From an uncultured Bacilli bacterium (GTDB taxonomy: Bacteria > Bacillota_I > Bacilli_A > RF39 > UBA660): a stretch of 64,000 nucleotides of DNA. The position numbers and the translations under genes are program-made. The stretch spans positions 2,059 to 66,058 of the forward strand of contig CANQKX010000002.1 of assembly GCA_947624565.1 (NCBI GenBank), read 5' to 3'. Numbering within the stretch: position 1 is the stretch's first letter; every line of letters starts with the position of its first letter. The notes under the pieces are model-generated. The model saw only the letters and a program-made list of their open reading frames with translations, was not told the origin of the DNA and ran no database searches. Below, in pieces: positions 1 through 11,219 of this stretch.

Positions 1-1262
1 CTGGATATTTAGAAGATTTAATAAGTAATGACTTAGTTTCTAAAGATAAAAACGGGAAAAGTTTATTATATTACTTAATTAATATAGATAAAGATTTAAC
101 TTTAAAGGAAATTTTATCTTTCAAAGAAAAAATAAAACCTGAAGTATTCACTGAACTTAAATTACTAGGTATTTCTGATTCGCTTATAAATATTAACTAT
201 ACTAAATTTCAGTGTAGTGATATTTATAGAAAACAAAAAAATAGCATTTATGACGAAAACATGGTTTCACCAGTTGATGATTTACTAAATGAACTTGAAA
301 GTTTATTTGAAAATGATGGGCATAGTGATAAGGAAATAATAAGTGCTCTTATTACTTCATATAAATATTCAACAAGTGTAAACCCTATTATGATAGAAGA
401 AGTAAAACAGTTAATAGAAATTAAAAAAAATAATCCTGACTTTTACTATCTTAAAAAAATAGATGGTGGATATTTTTCTTGTTTTGATAAAGCAGTTATT
501 GTAGAAAATAGCACAATTAGTACACTCAACCATGAAACAGGACATGCTATTCATTATTTTTTAGCAGATTTTCAAATACCAGAAAATTATGACAGTCTTA
601 TTCATTCAATTGCTAATAGTCCAGATTGGTTAGGCAAAGTAGAACAATATTCAAACAAATTTAAAGAAATTTATAATTATGTTAAAAGTGTATCTGAAAA
701 TATTATAGATAGTTATATATCTGAAGAAACTGTTAGTATTAATCAAAAGGAAATACATGCACTGTTAAATGAAACAAAAGAAAAACAAAAACAAATGTAT
801 TTAGAAAAAGGATATTCTGATGAAACGATAAGTATAATTTTAGATGGTACATTTACTGCAGAAGAATTCATGAGACAAAAAAAAGATATCGAAATTCATG
901 AAATGAATAATACTCTTATGGAATATAATTATGATGCTTTTATAGCTATAGGGGATATTGTAGATGCCATTACAGTTGGGAAATTTCGCAGTGATTTGTT
1001 AAAAAATGAAAAGAATGAAACGATTAAATCAGGTTATGGTCATGGAATTAGGTATTATTCTGCAAGAAAAGAAGTTGGATTTCATGAAATGATAGCCAAT
1101 TACTCATCTATTATCAAATCAAAAAAATGCAATGAAAATATTGAACTTTTAAGATATATTGTTGGTGATGAATTAGTTGATTTACTAGAAAATTTTTATA
1201 ATAACAATATACTTAAAATTGATTATGAAAAAGATGAAAGTTTAAATGGCTACACTATATAG
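1..1262 (+). CDS. 5'-partial hypothetical protein with an HExxH motif (LNHETGHAIHYF), a possible metallopeptidase-like domain. The frame is open from window position 3, so the protein is longer than the 333-aa ORF listed
   Basis: I traced the frame of ORF 261..1262 back to the window edge without finding a stop. The upstream translation (GYLEDLISNDLVSKDKNGKSLLYYLINIDKDL...) reads like real protein. The HExxH motif is visible. Confidence 0.45.
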   Translation, partial: GYLEDLISNDLVSKDKNGKSLLYYLINIDKDLTLKEILSFKEKIKPEVFTELKLLGISDSLININYTKFQCSDIYRKQKNSIYDENMVSPVDDLLNELESLFENDGHSDKEIISALITSYKYSTSVNPIMIEEVKQLIEIKKNNPDFYYLKKIDGGYFSCFDKAVIVENSTISTLNHETGHAIHYFLADFQIPENYDSLIHSIANSPDWLGKVEQYSNKFKEIYNYVKSVSENIIDSYISEETVSINQKEIHALLNETKEKQKQMYLEKGYSDETISIILDGTFTAEEFMRQKKDIEIHEMNNTLMEYNYDAFIAIGDIVDAITVGKFRSDLLKNEKNETIKSGYGHGIRYYSARKEVGFHEMIANYSSIIKSKKCNENIELLRYIVGDELVDLLENFYNNNILKIDYEKDESLNGYTI

Positions 1263-1271
1263 GAGGAAATT

Positions 1272-1493
1272 ATGGATGATATGGACTTAAATTTATATGT
1301 AATTGCTGAAATAAGATACCAAAAGGAACATGAAAACGAAGATAATATTTTTCCTATCGATTGGTATTCTAGTCAAAACTATAAATTAAAAACTGAAATT
1401 ATTGCTGAAGCAATCAAAAATCATACTACTATAGAACAAACGAATTTATATAATGAAAAATTTAAAGAAAAAATTAAATTTTATGAAAATTAA
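1272..1493 (+). CDS. small hypothetical protein (73 aa), likely translationally coupled to the upstream gene
   Basis: RBS aggagg 6 nt upstream of the ATG, and only a 9-nt gap after the upstream stop. Confidence 0.35.
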   Translation: MDDMDLNLYVIAEIRYQKEHENEDNIFPIDWYSSQNYKLKTEIIAEAIKNHTTIEQTNLYNEKFKEKIKFYEN

Positions 1494-1700
1494 CAAATAA
1501 GTAATTATCTTATTTGTTTTTTATTTATTTAATTTATCACAAATAAATCCATTTAATATAGTTAGTATTTTTTTTATCTGAAATACTTGTAATATCAGAA
1601 AAAGTATAATTATTCATATACATTTTAAATGTTCTTTTAGCAACTTTAGTTTTTATCTCATTTATTGTTTGTTCTCTTTAAAGTTATACAACAATATCAT

Positions 1701-1853
1701 TTATTTTTTGACTACATATATATCAAAAATTGTCCATTCTTGAACCTTAAAAAAATTTATTAAATTTATTTGAACAGAAACAGAATATGCTTCTTGAATT
1801 TGTCTTTCGGTTGAAACTCTTATATATATTCTTGTGCTTTTATTTTTCATCAT
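1701..1853 (-). pseudogene. truncated serine recombinase/resolvase fragment (N-terminal ~50 aa only)
   Basis: Minus-strand translation MMKNKSTRIYIRVSTERQIQEAYSVSVQINLINFFKVQEWTIFDIYVVKK* matches the resolvase N-terminal catalytic motif (Y-x-R-V-S-T-x-x-Q ... GYSL..Q ... GW.I.DIY.D) and then terminates prematurely. An aaggaa RBS lies upstream. Confidence 0.45.
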
Positions 1854-1985
1854 GAGTTCCTTGTAATATTTTCTGTATTTTTTTAGATAAAATTATTTTT
1901 TTACTCATATTAAGCATTTGCTAAATAATAATTTTTTTTATTTGAATTAGTCATATTAATTTAAACTATAGCCGAAGCAATAAGT

Positions 1986-2150
1986 ATGTGTAATAAGATA
2001 TTAGTTTTAACAAAAAGACCATCTACAATAAAGAAAACATACAATATTGATTATAATTTTGATAGAGATAATCCTGTAAAAAGTAGAAGTAGTAAAGAAT
2101 TTATGGAATATTATGAAAAAATTTGGGAAGATCTTAATAATGAAAAGTGA
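1986..2150 (+). pseudogene. C-terminal remnant of an ABC transporter ATP-binding protein (NitT/TauT-type)
   Basis: The 54-aa ORF MCNKILVLTKRPSTIKKTYNIDYNF...EFMEYYEKIWEDLNNEK* resembles the C-terminus of SsuB/TauB-like ATPases (ILVL..RP..I). It overlaps the start of the downstream permease in the usual operon arrangement, and no intact N-terminal Walker A region lies upstream. Confidence 0.4.
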
Positions 2151-2925
2151 AGGCTATAAAAAGTATTTAAAAAGAATAAAAAGGAATAATATTCTAGTAT
2201 TTACTACACAGATAATTTTAGTTGTTTCATTTATTGTTATATGGCAGATATTAGCAAATAAAAAAATAGTTAATACATTTTTGGTATCTAGTCCTAGTAA
2301 GGTTTATTCAACGATTATTGATTTATTTAAATCCAATAATTTATGGAATCATATATTTACTACAGTATATGAAATTATTATAAGCTTTTTATTAGGTAAT
2401 TTTATAGGAGTTTTTGTAGCAAGTATATTATGGTTTAATAAATTTTTAGCAAGAGTGTTTGAACCATTTTTAACTATTTTAAATAGTTTGCCTAAAGTAG
2501 CACTTGGTCCTCTTATTATAATATGGGCGGGGGCAAATGTTAAATCTATAATAATTATGGCACTTTTGATATCATCTATTATAAGTATAATAAATATATA
2601 TAATAGTTTTAAAAGTACTGATGTCAATAAAATAAAAATAATAAAATCAATGGGTGGAAGTAAGTTTCAAATATATAAAAATGTAATTTTAAGAGATAAC
2701 TATACAAAAATAATAGAATCTTTTAAACTAAATGTTAGTATGTGTTTTGTTGGAGTTATTATGGGAGAATTATTAGTATCAAAAGAAGGAGTAGGTTATT
2801 TAATAATGTATGGATCACAAGTATTTAATATGAATTTTGTAATAACAGGAGTAGTGCTTTTAGTAATACTTACAATTATACTTTATTATGTTATTAATTA
2901 TATAGAAAAAGTTTCTAGAAAATAG
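2140..2925 (+). CDS. ABC transporter permease, binding-protein-dependent inner-membrane component (NitT/TauT family). The listed ORF starts at 2113; 2140 is the likelier start
   Basis: Multiple TM segments and a permease signature region (LNSLPKVALGPLIIIWAG). It overlaps the ATPase remnant stop. Confidence 0.7.
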   Translation: MKSEGYKKYLKRIKRNNILVFTTQIILVVSFIVIWQILANKKIVNTFLVSSPSKVYSTIIDLFKSNNLWNHIFTTVYEIIISFLLGNFIGVFVASILWFNKFLARVFEPFLTILNSLPKVALGPLIIIWAGANVKSIIIMALLISSIISIINIYNSFKSTDVNKIKIIKSMGGSKFQIYKNVILRDNYTKIIESFKLNVSMCFVGVIMGELLVSKEGVGYLIMYGSQVFNMNFVITGVVLLVILTIILYYVINYIEKVSRK

Positions 2926-2989
2926 AGACTTTTTTGTTTTACAAAATTAGTCTATATATGTTAAAATATTTAGTAGGAAGGCAGTAAAT

Positions 2990-5083
2990 ATGAATATTGA
3001 CAGTTTAAATGAAAAGCAAAAAGAAGCAGTAATAAATTATACTGGTCCTATGCTCATACTAGCAGGGGCAGGTTCAGGTAAAACAAAAGTATTAACAACT
3101 AAGGTTGCTTATTTGATTAATGAAAAAAATATTTATCCAGAAAATATTTTAGCAATTACATTTACTAATAAAGCTGCTAAAGAAATGAAGTCAAGGATAT
3201 ATTCAATTGTTGGTTCAAAGGCTTTTAAAATTCAAATATCTACATTTCATTCTTTTGGGCTTAAAATAATTAAAGAAAATGCAAGATTACTTGGTTATGA
3301 TAGTAATTTTACAATACTTGATTCAGATGATTCATTATCAGTTGTAAAAAAAATATTAAAAGAATTTAATATAGATTCAAATAAATATAATCCAAAAGCA
3401 ATAAGAAATGTTATCAGTAATAATAAAAATGAAATGATAGATGCGATTAGTTTTTCAAAATATGCTCATACCGATTTTGATGAAATTGTAAATAAGGTAT
3501 ATGAAAAATATGAAAGAAATTTAAAACTAAATAATGCTATTGACTTTGACGATTTACTTATTCTTCCTTTAAAATTATTTAAAGAATATCCAAGAATATT
3601 ACAAGAATATCAAGAAAAATACAAATATGTATTTATAGATGAATATCAAGATACCAATGAACCACAATATATATTATCTAAAATGATAAGTGCAAAATAT
3701 AAAAATATAACGGTAGTTGGTGATGCAGATCAGGCAATATTTACTTGGAGAGGGGCTAATTATAAGAATATATTAAATTTTGAAAAAGATTATCCAAATT
3801 GTAAAGTTGTTTTATTAGAGGAAAATTATAGATCTACTAAAATAATATTGAAAGCAGCAAATAATGTTATAAAAAATAATAAAATTAGAAAAGAGAAAAA
3901 TCTTTGGACACAAAATGATGAAGGATGTAAAATTGTATATTACAAAGCATTTGATGAAAAAGATGAATCAAGTTATGTTGTTCATGAAATAAAAAGATTA
4001 CTTGAAGAAAATGTAAGTCCAAATGATATATGTGTCTTATATAGAGCAAATGCACAATCAAGAACAGTAGAAGAGGCTTTTTTAACAAGTAATATATCTT
4101 ATAATATTGTAGGATCATATGCATTCTATAATAGAAAAGAAATAAAAGATTTAATTGCATATTTAAAACTTATCTATAATAATAAAGATGATATATCATT
4201 ACTTAGAGTAATAAATTATCCTAAAAGAGGAATAGGAAATAAATCAATAGAAAATTTAAGTATAAAAGCGGATATAGAAAATAAATCGTTATATGAAGTT
4301 ATATCATCCGGAAAAGAATTGCAATTTAAAAATATTATTGAAGATATAAAACAAGAGGTAGATAAAATCTCATTAACAGAACTTATAGATTTGATTTTAG
4401 ATAAAGCAGGAATAAAAAGTGATTTGGAAAGTGAAAAAACAATAGAAGCAGATATTAGACTTGAAAATTTAGAGGAATTTAAATCTATAACAAAAACATT
4501 TGAAGATAGTGAAGGAATTATATCACTTGGTGATTTTTTAGATGAATTATCACTAGTTAGTGATGTAAGCGAACAAAAAGATGATAATAGTGAAAAAGTA
4601 ACTTTAATGACAATGCATTCAGTTAAAGGACTTGAATTTGATTACGTTTTTGTAGTAGGATTCGAAGAAGGTCTTTTTCCACATGTAAATAGTATGGAAT
4701 CTAATGATGAATTAGAAGAAGAAAGAAGATTATGTTATGTTGCTATAACAAGAGCAAAGAAAAAACTATATTTAATAAATGCAAGAAGTAGAATTTTATA
4801 TGGAAAAGTATCATCAAATATACCAAGTAGATTCGTAAAAGAAATTGGTGATGATTTACTGGAAACAGTAGGTAAAAAAGAAGAAGTTATATTTAAAAAT
4901 AAAATAGATAAAACTAATATGTATAACGATGATAATGATTTACATCCAGGAGATATAATTACGCATGATAAATATGGTACAGGTGTAGTAGTATCTATAG
5001 ATGGAGTAATTGCTAGTATTGCATTTAAAAAAGATGGATTAAAAAAATTAATGAAAAATCATAAAAGTATAAAGAAGGTATAA
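2990..5083 (+). CDS. pcrA: ATP-dependent DNA helicase PcrA/UvrD family
   Basis: Walker A AGAGSGKT, motifs DEYQDTN and VVGDADQAIF, the TMHSVKGLEF motif, and a C-terminal tudor-like tail. Length is 697 aa. Confidence 0.9.
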   Translation: MNIDSLNEKQKEAVINYTGPMLILAGAGSGKTKVLTTKVAYLINEKNIYPENILAITFTNKAAKEMKSRIYSIVGSKAFKIQISTFHSFGLKIIKENARLLGYDSNFTILDSDDSLSVVKKILKEFNIDSNKYNPKAIRNVISNNKNEMIDAISFSKYAHTDFDEIVNKVYEKYERNLKLNNAIDFDDLLILPLKLFKEYPRILQEYQEKYKYVFIDEYQDTNEPQYILSKMISAKYKNITVVGDADQAIFTWRGANYKNILNFEKDYPNCKVVLLEENYRSTKIILKAANNVIKNNKIRKEKNLWTQNDEGCKIVYYKAFDEKDESSYVVHEIKRLLEENVSPNDICVLYRANAQSRTVEEAFLTSNISYNIVGSYAFYNRKEIKDLIAYLKLIYNNKDDISLLRVINYPKRGIGNKSIENLSIKADIENKSLYEVISSGKELQFKNIIEDIKQEVDKISLTELIDLILDKAGIKSDLESEKTIEADIRLENLEEFKSITKTFEDSEGIISLGDFLDELSLVSDVSEQKDDNSEKVTLMTMHSVKGLEFDYVFVVGFEEGLFPHVNSMESNDELEEERRLCYVAITRAKKKLYLINARSRILYGKVSSNIPSRFVKEIGDDLLETVGKKEEVIFKNKIDKTNMYNDDNDLHPGDIITHDKYGTGVVVSIDGVIASIAFKKDGLKKLMKNHKSIKKV

Positions 5084-5086
5084 AGT

Positions 5087-5950
5087 ATGAAAAAAATAAG
5101 AAAATGTGTAATTCCAGTCGCAGGTATGGGGACAAGATTTTTACCTGCAACAAAAGCAACTCCAAAGGAAATGCTTCCAATAATTGATAAACCAACTTTA
5201 CAATATATAGTTGAAGAAGCAGTAAATAGTGGGATTGAGGAAATTTTATTTATAACAAGTCCATATAAAAATTCTGTATTGGATCATTTTGACAAAAGTT
5301 ATGAACTTGAAAATAGACTTAGACAATCTGGAAAATTAGATAAACTTGAGATGATAGAAAATATATCATCACTTGCTAAATTTTATTATATAAGACAAGG
5401 TGAACCAAATGGTAGTGGACATGCTATTAATCTTGCTAGATTTTTTGTTGGTGATGAACCATTTGCAGTTATGTATGGTGATGATTTAATGAAGTCAGAT
5501 GTACCAGTATTAAAACAGTTAATAGATATCTATGAACAAAGAGATTGTAATGTAATTGGTGTTCAAGAAGTTGATCCTAGAATTGTTTATAAATATGGAA
5601 TAATTGAGTATGATAATGTAGAAGGGAAAATTAAAGATATTATTGAAAAACCAAGTATACAGGAAGCTCCAAGTAATCATGCTGGATTAGGTAGATATAT
5701 AGTAAAACCTGAAATATTTGATGAATTAGAAAATCTGAATAGAGGAGCAGGTAATGAATATCAATTTACTGATGGTATGAGAGCACTAATGAAAAAACAA
5801 GATTTTTATGCTTGTAAATTTGAAGGTAAATACTTTGATATAGGTAATCAGTTTGGATATATAAAAGCAAATATTGAATATGCATTAGATAGAACTGATA
5901 TAAAAGATGATTTACAAGATTATTTATCTAAAAAATTAGTATTAAAATAA
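5087..5950 (+). CDS. galU: UTP--glucose-1-phosphate uridylyltransferase
   Basis: N-terminal VIPVAGMGTRFLPATKATPKEMLPI signature of GalU-type nucleotidyltransferases. Confidence 0.85.
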   Translation: MKKIRKCVIPVAGMGTRFLPATKATPKEMLPIIDKPTLQYIVEEAVNSGIEEILFITSPYKNSVLDHFDKSYELENRLRQSGKLDKLEMIENISSLAKFYYIRQGEPNGSGHAINLARFFVGDEPFAVMYGDDLMKSDVPVLKQLIDIYEQRDCNVIGVQEVDPRIVYKYGIIEYDNVEGKIKDIIEKPSIQEAPSNHAGLGRYIVKPEIFDELENLNRGAGNEYQFTDGMRALMKKQDFYACKFEGKYFDIGNQFGYIKANIEYALDRTDIKDDLQDYLSKKLVLK

Positions 5951-5993
5951 TAAAAATAAATATAATAAAAATAATTATTATAAAGGAAGATGA

Positions 5994-7988
<1,995 letters not shown>

Positions 7989-8037
7989 AAATTTGATAAA
8001 CTTATAAAAATATGATAATATTTAATTAGGTGATAGT

Positions 8038-9087
8038 ATGAAAGTATCAGTAATTATACCTGCGTATAATGCAGAAAATTATATTAAAAGATGTCTTGAT
8101 AGTGTAATTAATCAAGTATATAAAAATTTAGAAATCATTGTTGTAGATGATTCGTCAACAGATAATACAAAACAAATTATTAAAGAATATAGTGAAAAAG
8201 ATAGTAGAATAATTCCGTTTTATTCAAGTTTAAATAAAGGTGTTAGTGCATCAAGAAATATTGGTTTAAAATCAGCAACAGGAGACTATATAATGTTTGT
8301 AGATTCTGATGATGAAATTACTAAAGATGCAATAAGAAGAATGGTTGATATTTCAAATAAGTATAATTCTGATTATGTGGATAGTTATCATTTATTAAAT
8401 TATACGAAAGATAATAATAAAAAAGTAACATTTACTGAACATAAAGTTCCTAAAAATGTATTAGTTCTTGGTTCATTAAAAGAAAATAATAAAGTTTTGG
8501 ATACATATACATATGTAACTGGTAAATTATTTAAAAAAGAATTAATTGGTGAATTACAGTTCGATGAAAATTTATCTAGATATGAAGATTTAGTATTTGA
8601 ACATCAATTAAAAAGTAGAGTTAAAAATTATGTACTTTTAAATAAAGTTATATACATATATTATCAAAGAGAAGATTCTTTGGTAAATACATTTGGTAAG
8701 AAACATTTATGTTATTTAGATGCTGCTAAAAGTGTAAGAGAAATATATAAAAAATATGATTTAGAAATAAAGAATAAAATAGATTCAATATTATTTTCAA
8801 ATATGGTATTAACATTATTTACAAAAGTAATAAAAAATGATGATAGTATAGAAGAAAATATAAAAATTGTAAAAGATTGTTTAAATGAATTAATAGATAC
8901 ATTTAAAAACTATAAAGAAAATAAGTATATAAATCCATTTATGAAAAAATTTATTGATAAATATATTAATAATGAAACAAAATTAAAAAAATTAATTATT
9001 AGATTACAAAAGAAAAATTTAATAAAATTATATTTTAATTATCTATCATTAACAAATAAATATGAAATAAAAAATCCATTAGCATAA
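8038..9087 (+). CDS. family 2 glycosyltransferase
   Basis: N-terminal VSVIIPAYNAENYIKRCLDSVINQ...VVDDSSTD GT2 motif and a DSDD motif. Confidence 0.75.
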   Translation: MKVSVIIPAYNAENYIKRCLDSVINQVYKNLEIIVVDDSSTDNTKQIIKEYSEKDSRIIPFYSSLNKGVSASRNIGLKSATGDYIMFVDSDDEITKDAIRRMVDISNKYNSDYVDSYHLLNYTKDNNKKVTFTEHKVPKNVLVLGSLKENNKVLDTYTYVTGKLFKKELIGELQFDENLSRYEDLVFEHQLKSRVKNYVLLNKVIYIYYQREDSLVNTFGKKHLCYLDAAKSVREIYKKYDLEIKNKIDSILFSNMVLTLFTKVIKNDDSIEENIKIVKDCLNELIDTFKNYKENKYINPFMKKFIDKYINNETKLKKLIIRLQKKNLIKLYFNYLSLTNKYEIKNPLA

Positions 9088-9097
9088 GTCATTAAAG

Positions 9098-9137
9098 AGC
9101 AATAAAATAAACTTTGTTAAAAGTATTGCTTTTTTTA
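9098..9137 (+). terminator. rho-independent terminator-like hairpin after the GT2 gene
   Basis: agcaata...tattgct stem followed by a T-run. Confidence 0.45.
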
Positions 9138-9225
9138 TTTTGTTATGTTAAAATTGTTATTGCGTGAAAGCAATCCGATGTTTTGTTTTTAATATGATTG
9201 CTGGGTAGAAAAGGAGTGAAATCGA

Positions 9226-9567
9226 ATGAGTAATATTATTGATAAAATTACTGAAAAACAAATTAATCCTAATATTCCAGAATTCAGAGTTGGAGATACA
9301 CTAAGAGTAGATGTTAGAATTATTGAAGGAAAAAGAGAACGTATACAAGCATTTGAAGGTGTTTGCGTAGCCAAAAGAAGTGGTGGAATATCTGAAACTT
9401 TTACTGTTAGAAAAATGTCATCAGGTATTGGTGTTGAAAGAATATTTCCTGTTAACTCACCAAAAATTGATAAAATAACAGTAGTAAGAAGAGGAAAAGT
9501 AAGAAGAGCTAAACTAACTTTCTTAAGGGGATTAGTTGGTACATACAGAATAAAAGAAAGAAAATAA
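9226..9567 (+). CDS. rplS: 50S ribosomal protein L19
   Basis: 113 aa. The sequence [12 protein letters not shown]...[35 protein letters not shown] is typical L19. Confidence 0.9.
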   Translation: MSNIIDKITEKQINPNIPEFRVGDTLRVDVRIIEGKRERIQAFEGVCVAKRSGGISETFTVRKMSSGIGVERIFPVNSPKIDKITVVRRGKVRRAKLTFLRGLVGTYRIKERK

Positions 9568-9589
9568 GGCTTTATTCGCCTTATTTTTG
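9565..9589 (+). terminator. rho-independent terminator after rplS
   Basis: taaggc/gcctta stem with a 7-nt loop followed by TTTTT. Confidence 0.6.
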
Positions 9590-9603
9590 TTATGGAGGAA
9601 TTT

Positions 9604-10128
9604 ATGACAAATAAAAGAAAAGAAATATTAAAGAATGTTGCAACATATATAATTATAATATTAATTGTAATATTAATAAGGATATTTTTTATTGATCCAG
9701 TAAGAGTAGATGGAGGATCTATGAATACCACATTAGCAGATGGAGAAATAATGATATTAAATAAAATAATATATAAAAAACAAGATATAAAAAGATTTGA
9801 TATTGTTGTAATTGATGAGGAAGATAAATATATTATAAAAAGAGTAATAGGTTTACCAGGAGAAACTATTGAGTATAAAGATAATGTTCTTTATATTAAT
9901 GGTAAAGTACTTAATGATCCATATCCATCAACTAAAACAGATGATTTTAGTATTACAGATGTGGGACATACAAAAATACCAGGTGATACATATTTTGTAA
10001 TGGGTGATAATAGAAGTGATTCACTTGATAGTAGATATCCATCAGTTGGCGTTATTAAAAAAGATCAAATAGTAGGTAGAGCAAAACTTGTAATATGGCC
10101 TTTAAACAAATTTGGTAATGTTAAATAA
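9604..10128 (+). CDS. lepB: signal peptidase I
   Basis: N-terminal TM segment, S26 catalytic Ser box (VDGGSMNTTL) and Lys box (YIIKRVIGLPGE), and GDNRSDSLDSR. The ORF starts at 9592; I prefer the ATG at 9604 because of the ggagg RBS. Confidence 0.85.
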   Translation: MTNKRKEILKNVATYIIIILIVILIRIFFIDPVRVDGGSMNTTLADGEIMILNKIIYKKQDIKRFDIVVIDEEDKYIIKRVIGLPGETIEYKDNVLYINGKVLNDPYPSTKTDDFSITDVGHTKIPGDTYFVMGDNRSDSLDSRYPSVGVIKKDQIVGRAKLVIWPLNKFGNVK

Positions 10129-10141
10129 GGGATAACTTATA

Positions 10142-11083
10142 ATGAATAAAGATATATATAATTATTATTTAAAAACATTAAATTATGATAAAATTCCATA
10201 TTTTTTAAAGAAATATTTAAATGTCCCTAGTCTAATTAGATTAAAAAATATTGGATATTTTTGTGGTATGGATTATGCATCAAAAAATATATATGACTTT
10301 AAAGAGAAAATTTCTAGGTATGATCATTCACTTACAGTAGCATTATTAACATGGAAATTTACTAATGATAAAGTAGCAACACTTGCTGGTTTATTTCATG
10401 ATATTGCAACTCCATGTTTTTCACATGTAATTGATTATATGAATAAAGATTATGAAAATCAAGAAAGTACTGAAGAATATACTAAAGAAATTATTATGTC
10501 CGATAAAAAATTACAAGAATATTTAAAAGAAGATAATATTTCTTGCAATGATATTATAAATTTTAAAAAATATAGTATTGTTGATAATGATAGACCAAAA
10601 TTGTGTGCAGATAGACTTGATGGTATAATATTAACTGGTATTGCATGGACAAAAGCAATTGATAATGATGATATAAATAATATTATAAGTGATTTATATA
10701 TTTATAATAATGAAGATAATGAAAAAGAACTTGGATTTAAGTCAAAAGATATTGCTTTAAAAGTATTAGAAATAAGTGATGAAATTAATGAATATTGTCA
10801 TTCAAATTCAGATAATTATATGATGGAATTACTTGCTCATATAACAAAAATGGCAATACAAAATAGAATAATAGATTATAAAGAATTGTATTTTTTAGAT
10901 GAATTAACTTTATTAAACAAAATTGAAAGTAGTAATATAAAAAAATTAAATCAATTAGTTAATAAGTTTAAAACAATAAAATTGAAAGACATCCCTATTA
11001 TTGAATTAAAAAATATAAAAATAAGAAATATAGATCCTTTAGTTAATGGGGTTAGATTAAAAAATTACTTACAAAAAAATTAA
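10142..11083 (+). CDS. HD-domain phosphohydrolase family protein
   Basis: H...HD motif (SLTVALLTWKF...LFHDIATPCFSH). Confidence 0.55.
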   Translation: MNKDIYNYYLKTLNYDKIPYFLKKYLNVPSLIRLKNIGYFCGMDYASKNIYDFKEKISRYDHSLTVALLTWKFTNDKVATLAGLFHDIATPCFSHVIDYMNKDYENQESTEEYTKEIIMSDKKLQEYLKEDNISCNDIINFKKYSIVDNDRPKLCADRLDGIILTGIAWTKAIDNDDINNIISDLYIYNNEDNEKELGFKSKDIALKVLEISDEINEYCHSNSDNYMMELLAHITKMAIQNRIIDYKELYFLDELTLLNKIESSNIKKLNQLVNKFKTIKLKDIPIIELKNIKIRNIDPLVNGVRLKNYLQKN

Positions 11084-11150
11084 AATTGTGTTATAATTAA
11101 TGCGTTGAGAAAATATACTAAGTCAAATTATAATCAATGAGCAGCGAAAA

Positions 11151-11188
11151 TGCGTAAGTCCAATTGTATAAGGACTTGCGTATTTTTA
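11151..11188 (+). terminator. terminator-like hairpin plus T-run between the HD gene and the MATE gene. It may be the HD-gene terminator or a leader attenuator
   Basis: tgcgtaagtcc / ggacttgcgta stem (11 bp with G-U pairs) followed by TTTTT. Confidence 0.5.
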
Positions 11189-11219
11189 TGCTCAAAAATA
11201 AATTGATGGAGGTATAATC

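Noticed and set aside
2349-2627. 92-aa minus-strand ORF inside the ABC permease gene
   Set aside because: Antisense to the permease; hydrophobic translation mirroring the TM segments.
9189-9731. 180-aa minus-strand ORF overlapping rplS and lepB
   Set aside because: It lies antisense to two strongly supported conserved genes, has a low-complexity I/L/S-rich translation, and has no RBS. It is a typical AT-rich antisense artefact.
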